Of a DNA stretch of 47,108 bases, positions 1 to 8,114 are shown in pieces. The position numbers and the translations under genes are program-made. The stretch covers positions 1 through 47,108 of IMG/VR virus record IMGVR_UViG_3300010376_000053, one strand, 5' to 3'. The number at the start of each line of letters is the position of its first letter. Position 1 is the stretch's first letter. Below the pieces are notes generated by a model that was not told the DNA's origin, did no database searches, and saw nothing but the letters and a program-made list of their open reading frames with translations. Source of the stretch: a virus. Taxonomy: Duplodnaviria; Caudoviricetes.

Positions 1-32
1 ATCTAATCCGCAACAACGAGCCCCGCGCGCTC

Positions 33-407
33 GTGCCAGTTAGGACTGGCTTGGAGTATCGCGTGCACGCTCGCACCAAACGCGAGCCCAAGCGAGTCTG
101 GCCCGACAAGCCTACCTACAAGACCTGGCTCGGTAATCGCACTGATAACGACGCTCATCGCGAGGGCTATCAAGCCTTTCGTCGCGAGAATCTCTCGCAA
201 GCCCAACAAGACGAATATTACCGCCTGCTCGATCGCGTCCACACATTGCTCAAGCAACGCACCGAGATCGATCGCGAATATTCCAAGGCCCTAGACGCCC
301 TCGCGGCCTTCGGCTCGGTCCCAATCGGGTTCGAAAACGAGCAATCCGCAAAGGTCAAAGACGCAATCCGCATCCGCAAACTGGGCCTCCGGCCCGAAAA
401 GGAGTGA
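33..407 (+). CDS. hypothetical early protein
   Basis: 124-aa ORF; GTGA overlap with the next gene; start uncertain. Confidence 0.6.
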   Translation: MPVRTGLEYRVHARTKREPKRVWPDKPTYKTWLGNRTDNDAHREGYQAFRRENLSQAQQDEYYRLLDRVHTLLKQRTEIDREYSKALDALAAFGSVPIGFENEQSAKVKDAIRIRKLGLRPEKE

Positions 408-640
408 TCAAGATGAGACCAGCAAGTGACTTCGACAACGTGCGCTGCGAGTGCGAGCATATCGCCCACACCGATCGCCACGCACAAACCCCAAAAGGCA
501 ATCCCGGCCACCGATACGGCCAAACCTTCAAGCGATGGTACATGGCAGAAGTCGACACGATCTTCGGCCCATTCTACGTCTGCAGCGACTGTGCCAGGGA
601 TTGCGAACTAGATCTCGACACCGATACGAGGAAATCATGA
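404..640 (+). CDS. small Cys/His-rich (zinc-binding) protein
   Basis: AAGGAG just upstream; CEC..H and CSDC motifs; ATGA coupling to 637. Confidence 0.65.
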   Translation: MIKMRPASDFDNVRCECEHIAHTDRHAQTPKGNPGHRYGQTFKRWYMAEVDTIFGPFYVCSDCARDCELDLDTDTRKS

Positions 641-933
641 GAATCTACGACGCTTGGTCCGACCTATCCCTAGAATTCGAGGTCGAACTCTCAGGACGCT
701 CCGACCCATTCATGGTCGAAGTCTCCGGCGTATGCCAGTCCTACGGCTCTATCGACGAGGAAGGCTTGCGCTACCCCGGATGTGACGAGATGTTCGAGTT
801 CCGAGTCTTCGCCTACAATGACCTCGTCCAAAACTACGAGATTGATGTCACAGACACCATGAGCGATCTCGAGAATGCCCACATCAACCGCCAGGCCCTC
901 GAAGAGTGGATCTCCACCATGCCGGACGAATAG
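637..933 (+). CDS. acidic hypothetical protein
   Basis: ATG 637 after GAGG, MRIYDAWSDL...; the upstream part of ORF 451..933 is rejected. Confidence 0.7.
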   Translation: MRIYDAWSDLSLEFEVELSGRSDPFMVEVSGVCQSYGSIDEEGLRYPGCDEMFEFRVFAYNDLVQNYEIDVTDTMSDLENAHINRQALEEWISTMPDE

Positions 934-935
934 CC

Positions 936-1052
936 ATGATCGCCCACGCATTCATCTGGTTCGTAGTCCTCCTGCTCGTTCTCGTGCGCGAGCCCGTCAA
1001 AGCCACGGTGCTCGCGATATTCTACTTCCTGTTCCTCATAATCCTATCGTGA
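936..1052 (+). CDS. 38-aa two-helix membrane peptide (not in ORF track)
   Basis: MIAHAFIWFVVLLLVLVREPVKATVLAIFYFLFLIILS*; begins 3 nt after the previous stop. Confidence 0.55.
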   Translation: MIAHAFIWFVVLLLVLVREPVKATVLAIFYFLFLIILS

Positions 1053-1142
1053 TTCCTCCCCAAGGCGACACTCGTGCGATGAGCGTCGCCGTGGGAGCAA
1101 TCCCGCTCCGCCTGGGCTACATGCCCAACGAAAGGATCCATA

Positions 1143-1340
1143 ATGGTAATCTGCGACATTTGCAACCGACAAAGGGACCCCCACCAGTGGAACGTCGCGA
1201 TAGCCCGCGTCACGATCTGCGAGATCGACGAGCAGGGGCTTCGCAAGCTCTCCAAGGAGCAAGCTGTCGACGTGTGCCGACTCCACCTTCACGGCCTAAC
1301 CTCCAAGCTAGACAAGGCCACCGAGGTCGAGAATGGCTAA
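1143..1340 (+). CDS. CxxC...DVCxxH zinc-binding protein, paralog of the N-domain of 4655..5041
   Basis: AAAGGA SD; ICDIC..RDP..VA..EQAVDVCRLH. Confidence 0.7.
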   Translation: MVICDICNRQRDPHQWNVAIARVTICEIDEQGLRKLSKEQAVDVCRLHLHGLTSKLDKATEVENG

Positions 1341-1548
1341 ACATTGGCTAGGCGGTCCACCCGAAACCTGTGACATCTGCACGAAGCCCATCGTCCACTC
1401 CTTCATCGATGGCAAGACAACCAGCGGCCCATGGGCCCTCATGTGCGAACACTGCCACAAGGCTCACGGCGTTGGTCTCGGCCTCGGACGTGGCCAACGG
1501 TACGTCCTCCATCTCGGAACCAACAAATTCATGAAATCCGAAGGCTGA
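1333..1548 (+). CDS. small zinc-finger protein
   Basis: CDIC...WALMCEHC; GAGG SD; overlaps the previous stop. Confidence 0.75.
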   Translation: MAKHWLGGPPETCDICTKPIVHSFIDGKTTSGPWALMCEHCHKAHGVGLGLGRGQRYVLHLGTNKFMKSEG

Positions 1549-1562
1549 CGGACCGCAGCAAC

Positions 1563-1621
1563 GATGGCTCCGGGAGCCCGGAGCCATCCATGGTGCAATC
1601 CGCACCCACGGGCAAAGCCCG
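1563..1621 (+). other. three tandem GC-rich hairpins before a strong SD
   Basis: GATGGCTCCGGG/CCCGGAGCCATC (12-bp inverted repeat), GGTGC/GCACC and CGGGC-AAA-GCCCG, followed by AAAGGAG. Confidence 0.6.
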
Positions 1622-1637
1622 AACTAAAGGAGCAATC

Positions 1638-1922
1638 ATGGTAATCAACGTAGAGAAGCTCAAGAAGGCGGGGATGACAGTCAGGATCTTCGAGCAGTAC
1701 GACAATGACGACCAGCGCCCGGTCAAGAACCTAACTGGCGTCAACGTTCTCATCGAGATCTATCCCAGCACGGGCGAGGGCCTCAAGGAAGGCACGCTCG
1801 AGGACGTCCGTTCAAGGCTGAACACCCCCGAGTACCAGGACGTGACCGTGGACGGCCTAATCCGGCGCGTCCAGACGTTCCAGGTCCTCGAGACCATCGA
1901 AGCCACCAGCAAAGATGCCTAA
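1638..1922 (+). CDS. hypothetical protein
   Basis: AAAGGAG SD, ATG 1638 (MVINVEKLKK...). Confidence 0.75.
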   Translation: MVINVEKLKKAGMTVRIFEQYDNDDQRPVKNLTGVNVLIEIYPSTGEGLKEGTLEDVRSRLNTPEYQDVTVDGLIRRVQTFQVLETIEATSKDA

Positions 1923-2073
1923 GCACAAGCGCGTAGGCAAGGGCACGAAGCGCTTTAGGGCCCTCGCCATGAAGATGGCTACCCGCGGCACAATGGCCCA
2001 CAGCTCCAAGAACAAGCAAGAGATAGTCTCAACACCCAGCGGACTCAAAATCAAGATCCGCCCAAAGGAGTAA
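1915..2073 (+). CDS. 52-aa basic protein (not in ORF track)
   Basis: MPKHKRVGKGTKRFRALAMK...KIKIRPKE*; fills the gap between flanking genes. Confidence 0.6.
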   Translation: MPKHKRVGKGTKRFRALAMKMATRGTMAHSSKNKQEIVSTPSGLKIKIRPKE

Positions 2074-2075
2074 CC

Positions 2076-2378
2076 ATGGAAGACACAACCAACAAATACA
2101 AGCGCGCCCTCCGCATCACCCTCGAATTCCTCACGGACGCAGACCTCTACGGAGAAACCCAGGACCAGAAGCAGCACGATGAGCTGGTTCAGTGCCTCCG
2201 AGACTGGGAGGAATGGATCACGAGCGACACGCCCGAGGACGAGGGCATCGTCGCGCTTCGCGAGATCGTGTACCTCTGTAGCGATTTCCCGTTTGACAAG
2301 ATACTCGCGAAGATCCGAGACATAGCAGCCACAGCGCATAACAAGATGCGCTTCGAACACGACACAACGGAGGACTGA
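2076..2378 (+). CDS. hypothetical protein
   Basis: AAGGAG SD; TGATG coupling. Confidence 0.75.
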   Translation: MEDTTNKYKRALRITLEFLTDADLYGETQDQKQHDELVQCLRDWEEWITSDTPEDEGIVALREIVYLCSDFPFDKILAKIRDIAATAHNKMRFEHDTTED

Positions 2379-2659
2379 TGCCCCAATTCAAAGTAACCCT
2401 CGAGGTCCCAGTCTGCGTGACCGCACACTGCGACATCACCATCGGAGCCCAAGACGAAGAGCAAGCATGGGCCCAAGCGCTCGACGCATACAAGGGTATC
2501 GTCGCAGCGTACGACAAAGCCATGCGTGAGTACCGGCAGGCCCCAGCGAGCCACAAATGGCCCGACCCCACCTACTATTGGCACGTCGATGACGATGACA
2601 TCGAATCCAACCTGGACGAAACCGAGATCGACGTAGGCACCATCAGGGAGATCAAGTAA
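2378..2659 (+). CDS. hypothetical acidic protein
   Basis: GGAGG SD; coupled to the previous gene. Confidence 0.75.
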   Translation: MPQFKVTLEVPVCVTAHCDITIGAQDEEQAWAQALDAYKGIVAAYDKAMREYRQAPASHKWPDPTYYWHVDDDDIESNLDETEIDVGTIREIK

Positions 2660-2763
2660 GATAAGCCCACACTGGGTACTTCAAGCAATTGAAGTACCCA
2701 GACAGGGACTATCTTGTCCCAAACACGAAAGGAGAACCACGATGGAAGAAGGAGACCCAGACG

Positions 2764-2976
2764 ATGGCGCGCCTCAGATCTAGCACGATGAAGCGACTCT
2801 GCCAAGCAGCAGATGTCGCCGAGTACCACACACCCGATGGCGGGACCTTGGCCTACGGTTCATGCAAGAAACATGGCTACTTCATGGCTATGATCCATTG
2901 CTCCACCGCAGACGTTCGCAATCTCGCCAAGGCCCTCCTCGAGGCAGCAGATCACGCAGAAGCGAAGAAACACTAA
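2764..2976 (+). CDS. hypothetical protein
   Basis: AAGGAG before ATG 2764; start uncertain. Confidence 0.55.
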   Translation: MARLRSSTMKRLCQAADVAEYHTPDGGTLAYGSCKKHGYFMAMIHCSTADVRNLAKALLEAADHAEAKKH

Positions 2977-3030
2977 GTTGTGGCTAACATGGGAACCAGG
3001 GCGCGCGAAGGACGCCCGTAAAGCTCAAGG

Positions 3031-3321
3031 ATGAAAAAGAAGACAATCGAGAAAGAACAGAAAGCGGCGCTCAGCGCCGACGAATTCTACCGAGCGAAGC
3101 TGATCTTCAATGTGCAACCAGAACCCGAGGTTACGCTGTCAGTCCGGATAACCGAGGCCCTGCGCGATGAGATGCGCGCATTCTGTCGCACGCACAACAT
3201 CCAGCAACAATACTTCATCACCGAGGCCGTAAAGGAAGTTCTCTATCGAATCAAGCGTGAGATGGCCGAAACCGCCGAACTCGAGGATGCGCGCCAAACC
3301 GCGCGCAAGGAGGTCTCGTGA
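3031..3321 (+). CDS. ribbon-helix-helix DNA-binding protein
   Basis: VTLSVRITEALRDEMRAFC...QQYFITEAVKEVL fits the RHH pattern. Confidence 0.65.
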   Translation: MKKKTIEKEQKAALSADEFYRAKLIFNVQPEPEVTLSVRITEALRDEMRAFCRTHNIQQQYFITEAVKEVLYRIKREMAETAELEDARQTARKEVS

Positions 3322-3578
3322 CACTCAGCACCTCAACCAGAAGACCCAACATCTCCCTAAGTTTCGTCGAAGCGGAGAAACTCTGCCGGTGGCTTGAAGA
3401 GATCGCAACACTCGCCCCTAACCAGAGCGCTAGCACTTGTGAGAAGCTCGCGGACATGCTCCACGAAATAATCATGGGAGAGGAGGACTACAGTGGCGAA
3501 TCTGATACGAAACGCGCCCGAGCCGCCCAAAAACCGTCTCGTCTTCAACACAAAGCCCGCAAAGGCCGAGCTGGTTGA
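3318..3578 (+). CDS. hypothetical protein
   Basis: AAGGAGG SD, GTG start overlapping the previous stop. Confidence 0.6.
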   Translation: MTLSTSTRRPNISLSFVEAEKLCRWLEEIATLAPNQSASTCEKLADMLHEIIMGEEDYSGESDTKRARAAQKPSRLQHKARKGRAG

Positions 3579-3879
3579 GCGAGCCCACAAAGCCCTCGAG
3601 AAAACAGACGCACAAGACATCGTGCTCGACAGAGTAAGCTACCATATCCAGCAAGCGATGCAGGAAATCCGAGACGACCCGTGCGGATCCTATGAGTTCG
3701 AGAAGTATTGTAACGAGATCTACCACCATCTGTATGTGGCCATGAACATAGTCGTAGCCGGCGTCCCCAAGCCGCCGAGCTGCCTCCAGAGCGATCTTGA
3801 CGATGTGATGGGAGGAGTGGCAGATGGAACTACCGACGTGTCCGAAGTGCAAAACCGGCCCCCTACTACCTCTGAGTGA
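3493..3879 (+). CDS. hypothetical protein
   Basis: GAGGAGG SD before GTG 3493. Confidence 0.65.
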   Translation: MANLIRNAPEPPKNRLVFNTKPAKAELVERAHKALEKTDAQDIVLDRVSYHIQQAMQEIRDDPCGSYEFEKYCNEIYHHLYVAMNIVVAGVPKPPSCLQSDLDDVMGGVADGTTDVSEVQNRPPTTSE

Positions 3880-4075
3880 CTACGCAGCCGATGGCTCATC
3901 CGTCATCTTCAAGTGTTGGGCGTGCCCCAACACGGACTGCGGCTTCGTCCTCAGGATCGACAAGGGCTCCTGCTCTTACGATCGAGTCACCCCCGCCGTA
4001 CCAGATCCAGACAAGTCTCGGCGGTCGTACATTAACCATCCAAGTCCGAGGCCACCAAGTGTCCCCAGACGATGA
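3824..4075 (+). CDS. zinc-ribbon protein
   Basis: GGAGGAG SD; CPKC...PLSDY...WACPNTDC. Confidence 0.7.
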   Translation: MELPTCPKCKTGPLLPLSDYAADGSSVIFKCWACPNTDCGFVLRIDKGSCSYDRVTPAVPDPDKSRRSYINHPSPRPPSVPRR

Positions 4076-4208
4076 GATCATCTTCGATTACCAAGCATAC
4101 GATGAAGAAGAAGACTGCATCTTCGTGCCCACCGGGGACCAAGCTCGAGCCATCTGGAACATCTTGATGGCAGATCTGGAGAGCATACATGACACCAGCC
4201 GAAGTTGA
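3876..4208 (+). CDS. hypothetical protein (probably only the 3' half is coding)
   Basis: The acidic C-terminal half fills the 4075-4189 gap; start unresolved. Confidence 0.35.
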   Translation: MTTQPMAHPSSSSVGRAPTRTAASSSGSTRAPALTIESPPPYQIQTSLGGRTLTIQVRGHQVSPDDEIIFDYQAYDEEEDCIFVPTGDQARAIWNILMADLESIHDTSRS

Positions 4209-4347
4209 TAAGATCACCGCCGAGATCCTCACCAACGCCGCGAAGCTACAAGATGACACGCCGAGACAACTGTTCTGCCTAACCCAAGCAGTATGCCTAC
4301 TCGCTGTCATCCTAATCAGGAGTCCAAACACAGGGTTGGGGCACTAA
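4189..4347 (+). CDS. 52-aa hypothetical protein (not in ORF track)
   Basis: GGAG SD; MTPAEVDKITAEIL...LGH*. Confidence 0.55.
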   Translation: MTPAEVDKITAEILTNAAKLQDDTPRQLFCLTQAVCLLAVILIRSPNTGLGH

Positions 4348-4389
4348 CGCCCCTACAACCGGCGCAATGCGCCGACAAAGGAGAATCAT

Positions 4390-4743
4390 GTGGAGAATCA
4401 AGCGCTGTGCCGCGCAGTAGGCACGCATAGTTGGACCATTAAAGGTCCTATCATCGTCCTCAAAGGCGATGCGCGGCGCATTATGCTGCACTGCGCCCGC
4501 TGCAACACGTGGCGTGCCGACACATGGCGCATGAACGGCGGCGCGATCCTAGGCCGCTTATACAGACAAGATCCCGGCTATCACCGATTCATCCGGGAAC
4601 ACAACCGGGCAGAAGCCCGAGTCTCGCTCCTAGCGAGCATAAAGGATGTACGTAATGAGACAGACAATCCTCGTGTGCGACCTGTGCCGGGACCCAAGAA
4701 CAAACGCCGTCGCAACCCTCGGACTCACAAACGGGCGCGGTAA
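4390..4743 (+). CDS. hypothetical Cys/His protein
   Basis: AAAGGAG SD; C..H...CARC. Confidence 0.65.
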   Translation: MENQALCRAVGTHSWTIKGPIIVLKGDARRIMLHCARCNTWRADTWRMNGGAILGRLYRQDPGYHRFIREHNRAEARVSLLASIKDVRNETDNPRVRPVPGPKNKRRRNPRTHKRAR

Positions 4744-5041
4744 GCAACAGGCTGCGATCGATGTTTGCGTACTCCATCAGAAGCGCGTCCTCAAGATCTT
4801 CAAGCCGGCCACTCACGGTCCCGCACCCGTGCTGATCAGAGATCCCAGCAGCACCACAAAAGATCTCGACAAGAAGATCCTTGCGGTCCTCAAGGGTACA
4901 ATGAGCGCCAAAGAGATCCAAACGAAGCTCAGCCCAAGCTTCCACATCACCACAATTCTCAGCTACCTCAGGGGGCTAATCAAGGCCGGCAAGATCAAGC
5001 GCGAGGGCGAACGTAAGGGCACAAAATACAGGAAGGCGTAA
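4655..5041 (+). CDS. zinc-binding (Lsr2-N-like) domain plus C-terminal winged-helix DNA-binding protein
   Basis: VCDLC...IDVCVLH; KKILAVLKGTMSAKEIQ...YLRGLIKAGKIKREG..KGTKY fits a wHTH. Confidence 0.7.
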   Translation: MRQTILVCDLCRDPRTNAVATLGLTNGRGKQQAAIDVCVLHQKRVLKIFKPATHGPAPVLIRDPSSTTKDLDKKILAVLKGTMSAKEIQTKLSPSFHITTILSYLRGLIKAGKIKREGERKGTKYRKA

Positions 5042-5557
5042 ATGGTTCTCCGAGCTTTCAGGTGCCAGCGCCGTGGCTACAGCCATGAACGCGAAATCCT
5101 CGCATCCATCTGTGCGGAACTCTACTACCAGGGCCGCTACGTGTGGATGCGAAGCTGCCGGAACATCAACCTGACAGCAATCGATGCACGCGGGCCTAAC
5201 CGGATCCGGTACCGACTCGTCAGTACCACGAACTACAAGTGTCTTCCCTTGTCCTCAAGGGATAGGCGGGTATCACTCGGCACCGACTCCGCACTGGCCG
5301 CGATGCCAGTCATCAAGAACAGGCGACGAACCATGTTCCTGTTCGTGCGCCCAGAATTCATGTCTGACCATCGGTGGGACACCGCCTCAAGCAACATCCT
5401 GAGCCCCGAGGAGATCATGTTCCTCGTGGGCAAAGAACAACCCGCCGACCTCGAGCTAGTCGTCTGTGCGCTGTGCCGCTTCCGGCAACTCATCGATGGC
5501 TACGGCGCGCTCACGAAGGAGGGACGCAGGATCTTGACGCATTACGTCAATTTGTAA
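5042..5557 (+). CDS. hypothetical protein
   Basis: 171-aa ORF starting right after the previous stop. Confidence 0.65.
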   Translation: MVLRAFRCQRRGYSHEREILASICAELYYQGRYVWMRSCRNINLTAIDARGPNRIRYRLVSTTNYKCLPLSSRDRRVSLGTDSALAAMPVIKNRRRTMFLFVRPEFMSDHRWDTASSNILSPEEIMFLVGKEQPADLELVVCALCRFRQLIDGYGALTKEGRRILTHYVNL

Positions 5558-5755
5558 AATTTAATCTCCGCCGTAGCCGGCCTGGCCAGCCGGAAATCCA
5601 TCGTGCATGGTTAGTAAGGGAGCGGGCTGTTACCCCGCGTTGATACGAACCCCATGTGGGCTGATCAGATGGACGCGGAAGCAAGGCGAGGCTTCCATTC
5701 CTAATGCTTCAAATTTTTGAACTGGATGCGTGGTGGACCTCATGCAAGAGGAGCA

Positions 5756-6187
5756 ATGCACAATGACTCGCGGCAACTGTCACCACTTCTCGATCGCTTT
5801 TACCACCTCACCCGGCGTTACGCCCACCCACCTGGTCGCAATGCGAGCGCCGACGCGCGCCGTCACTTCGACCAAGCTCAGATCGAACTGTTCCACCTTG
5901 CGCAGGCAATCTGCGCGCTCCTAAACCCTGAAGTCCAGCTCCGCCTCGATCTCCTTCGCGAGGAGATAATGGCACAGCTGCGCCTCGAGCTTAGGACATG
6001 CGCCACCGGCGCATTTGTGGTCCGACGCAAACACCCTCGCCCCGTCCTGTGGTGGGAGTATCAGATCACCCCTGAGCTTACCCATGACCCGACAATAGTC
6101 GGCAACGCGGTCCTGCGCCCCTACGTAAGCCGTCTTAAGACAGCCCTGCGCGACCAAGCTGCCGTAATCAAGGCCCGTCTGCCATAA
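5756..6187 (+). CDS. hypothetical protein
   Basis: GAGGAG SD before ATG 5756. Confidence 0.65.
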   Translation: MHNDSRQLSPLLDRFYHLTRRYAHPPGRNASADARRHFDQAQIELFHLAQAICALLNPEVQLRLDLLREEIMAQLRLELRTCATGAFVVRRKHPRPVLWWEYQITPELTHDPTIVGNAVLRPYVSRLKTALRDQAAVIKARLP

Positions 6188-6200
6188 CGCCCGACCCAGT

Positions 6201-6216
6201 TGGCACCGAAATTGCA
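6201..6216 (+). promoter_or_regulatory. sigma54 (-24/-12) promoter heading the replication module
   Basis: TGGCAC-CGAAA-TTGCA, exact GG-N10-GC spacing, intergenic, 55 nt before ATG 6271. Confidence 0.75.
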
Positions 6217-6270
6217 ACCATTCGGGTAGCCCTGCCGGGCAAATTTTGAAACCCATAGAAAGGGGATTTC

Positions 6271-6564
6271 ATGGCAGAAATCACAGTTCCCGATAAGCAC
6301 AATGCACAGTTCAAGACCGTTACCCTCAAGGTCTCGACCAAGGCTGGTGGCGACGAGAAGTCCGAACAGGACTTCCAGGCTGACCTCCCCGCATCGCTTG
6401 GCGATGCTGTCGCTCTTCTTGGCGAAAAGGCAGTGTTCCGGCGCTTCATCAACGCGCACGTCGTGTACCTCCAGGGCGTCGAGCGCGCCAAGCTCATGAA
6501 GGCCGCCGACACCGAGCCCAAGGAGCGCAAGCGCGCCCAGTACCTCGAGTCCCTCGGGCTCTAG
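6271..6564 (+). CDS. hypothetical protein
   Basis: AAAGGGG SD; clean 97-aa ORF. Confidence 0.8.
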   Translation: MAEITVPDKHNAQFKTVTLKVSTKAGGDEKSEQDFQADLPASLGDAVALLGEKAVFRRFINAHVVYLQGVERAKLMKAADTEPKERKRAQYLESLGL

Positions 6565-6735
6565 TTACGGCAAGGTCTCCTCACGGTGTTCGCGCGCCGG
6601 CCTAGCACCTATAGTCCGGGTAAAGCGAGGGGATAATTCCCGGACACACCCATGATCTTATGGGAAACAAACAACGGTCCACGACCTTACGGCACCACAA
6701 CCCGTGAGATAGGCTACTATCGATGGTGGCTCAAG

Positions 6736-6909
6736 ATGACCAAAACGATCGATGAGATGACCGAGGACGAGCTAATCGCTGCGATCACGCAGCTACAGCA
6801 AACACGCGTCCCAAGCGAAAAGCCCAAGACACCCCACCGATTAGATGATCGCCCGAAGAAAGACCCGGCCAAGCGGACCTGGCGCGACGAGCTCTTTGGT
6901 GACGATTGA
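6736..6909 (+). CDS. small hypothetical protein
   Basis: MTKTIDEMTEDELIAAI...; start 6736 preferred over 6652. Confidence 0.6.
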   Translation: MTKTIDEMTEDELIAAITQLQQTRVPSEKPKTPHRLDDRPKKDPAKRTWRDELFGDD

Positions 6910-6919
6910 GGTCTCACCA

Positions 6920-7180
6920 ATGCTCACAACACAGCGCATAATGCGCGAGATGGAGCTGCTTGACTGGTCCGGCCACGTAGAGCTACCCATAAATGACATG
7001 CAATGGCTCGCGAGCCAACTCTGCGCGCGCCTCAACAGTACCAGCGTCGAGGTATGCGAGGTGTGTAACAAGCCCGCACCCATCGTCGTGACAACCCGCC
7101 TAGGTCCCATCTGCGCCGAGTGCGTAGAGGATATGAACGACAACGTAGACCAGATCCGTGAGGTCCTTGACACAGAATGA
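6920..7180 (+). CDS. zinc-finger protein
   Basis: GAGG SD; CEVC...CAEC. Confidence 0.65.
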   Translation: MLTTQRIMREMELLDWSGHVELPINDMQWLASQLCARLNSTSVEVCEVCNKPAPIVVTTRLGPICAECVEDMNDNVDQIREVLDTE

Positions 7181-7187
7181 GGTCATT

Positions 7188-8114
7188 ATGGACGAACATG
7201 GGCCTGAAGTCTTCTGGCTCGACAACTCCAAAATCGAAACCTTCATGCTTTGCCCGCAGAAGTACGCTTTCCGCTTCGAGGAACACCTAGTCCCCGTTGA
7301 GCGCAAGCGCGACTCTGCCCTGATGTTCGGCGGGGCCATCCACAAGGCCCTCGAGACCATCTACAAAGGCACCGGATTCGAACGAGTCCAGTGCCCCCGC
7401 TGCCAAGGGGGCTACTGCGTCTATTGCAAGGGCGGTACCATGCTAAAGATGGCAGCGATCTTTCTCGCCAACTACCAAGACGATCCCGAAGATCCAAAGG
7501 AGATTCGCACGGCAGATCGCGGTCTCGACCTACTCGCCCAATACCTGGGCAAGTGGCGTCGCGAGCCCTTCAAGACAATCGCCGTCGAGATCCCCTTCGA
7601 GCTACCCTTCTCGCTTGCGGGCCTAACCTTCAACTACGTTGGCCGCATCGATCTCTTCGTGGATTGGGAGGGCATCCCATTGGTGGTGGACCACAAGACC
7701 ACCACACGCTTCGGCATGCTCTTCGACTCGAGCTTCAAACTCAACGGCCAGTTCACAGGATACATGCGTGGTGCTGAGCAGAAGTTCAATCGACCTGTCT
7801 TCAATGCCCTCGCCAACGCCATGCGCGTGACCACCAAAATCGACGACAACTCGTTCGCTCGCATCTACACCCAACGCACCCCCGAAGACTTCGAGGCGTG
7901 GGAGCGCCAGGTCAAGCATGTTGCAACAGAAATACTTCAGATGCGAGCGACCGGCTTCTTCCCCAAGTCCGCGCCCTTCGCCTGCGGAGCCTACAACCGC
8001 ATGTGCGAATACTACCCGCTGTGCATCAGCGCAGCGCAGACCCAGAAGACCCTAAAGCAATCCTCGTACGAGCGCATCCCATGGGAGCCCCGAAAGGACA
8101 GCGACGATGAATGA
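7188..8114 (+). CDS. PD-(D/E)XK (RecB/Cas4-like) exonuclease
   Basis: CPQKY, FGGAIH, E..F, GRIDL, VVDHKT, Q..GY, C-terminal C..C.Y..LC; CPRC..CVYC insertion. Confidence 0.88.
   Translation: MDEHGPEVFWLDNSKIETFMLCPQKYAFRFEEHLVPVERKRDSALMFGGAIHKALETIYKGTGFERVQCPRCQGGYCVYCKGGTMLKMAAIFLANYQDDPEDPKEIRTADRGLDLLAQYLGKWRREPFKTIAVEIPFELPFSLAGLTFNYVGRIDLFVDWEGIPLVVDHKTTTRFGMLFDSSFKLNGQFTGYMRGAEQKFNRPVFNALANAMRVTTKIDDNSFARIYTQRTPEDFEAWERQVKHVATEILQMRATGFFPKSAPFACGAYNRMCEYYPLCISAAQTQKTLKQSSYERIPWEPRKDSDDE

Noticed and set aside
7188-8114. Cas4-like nuclease as evidence of a CRISPR system
   Set aside because: No array or other cas genes; the exonuclease-Sak4-SSB context is a standard phage recombination module
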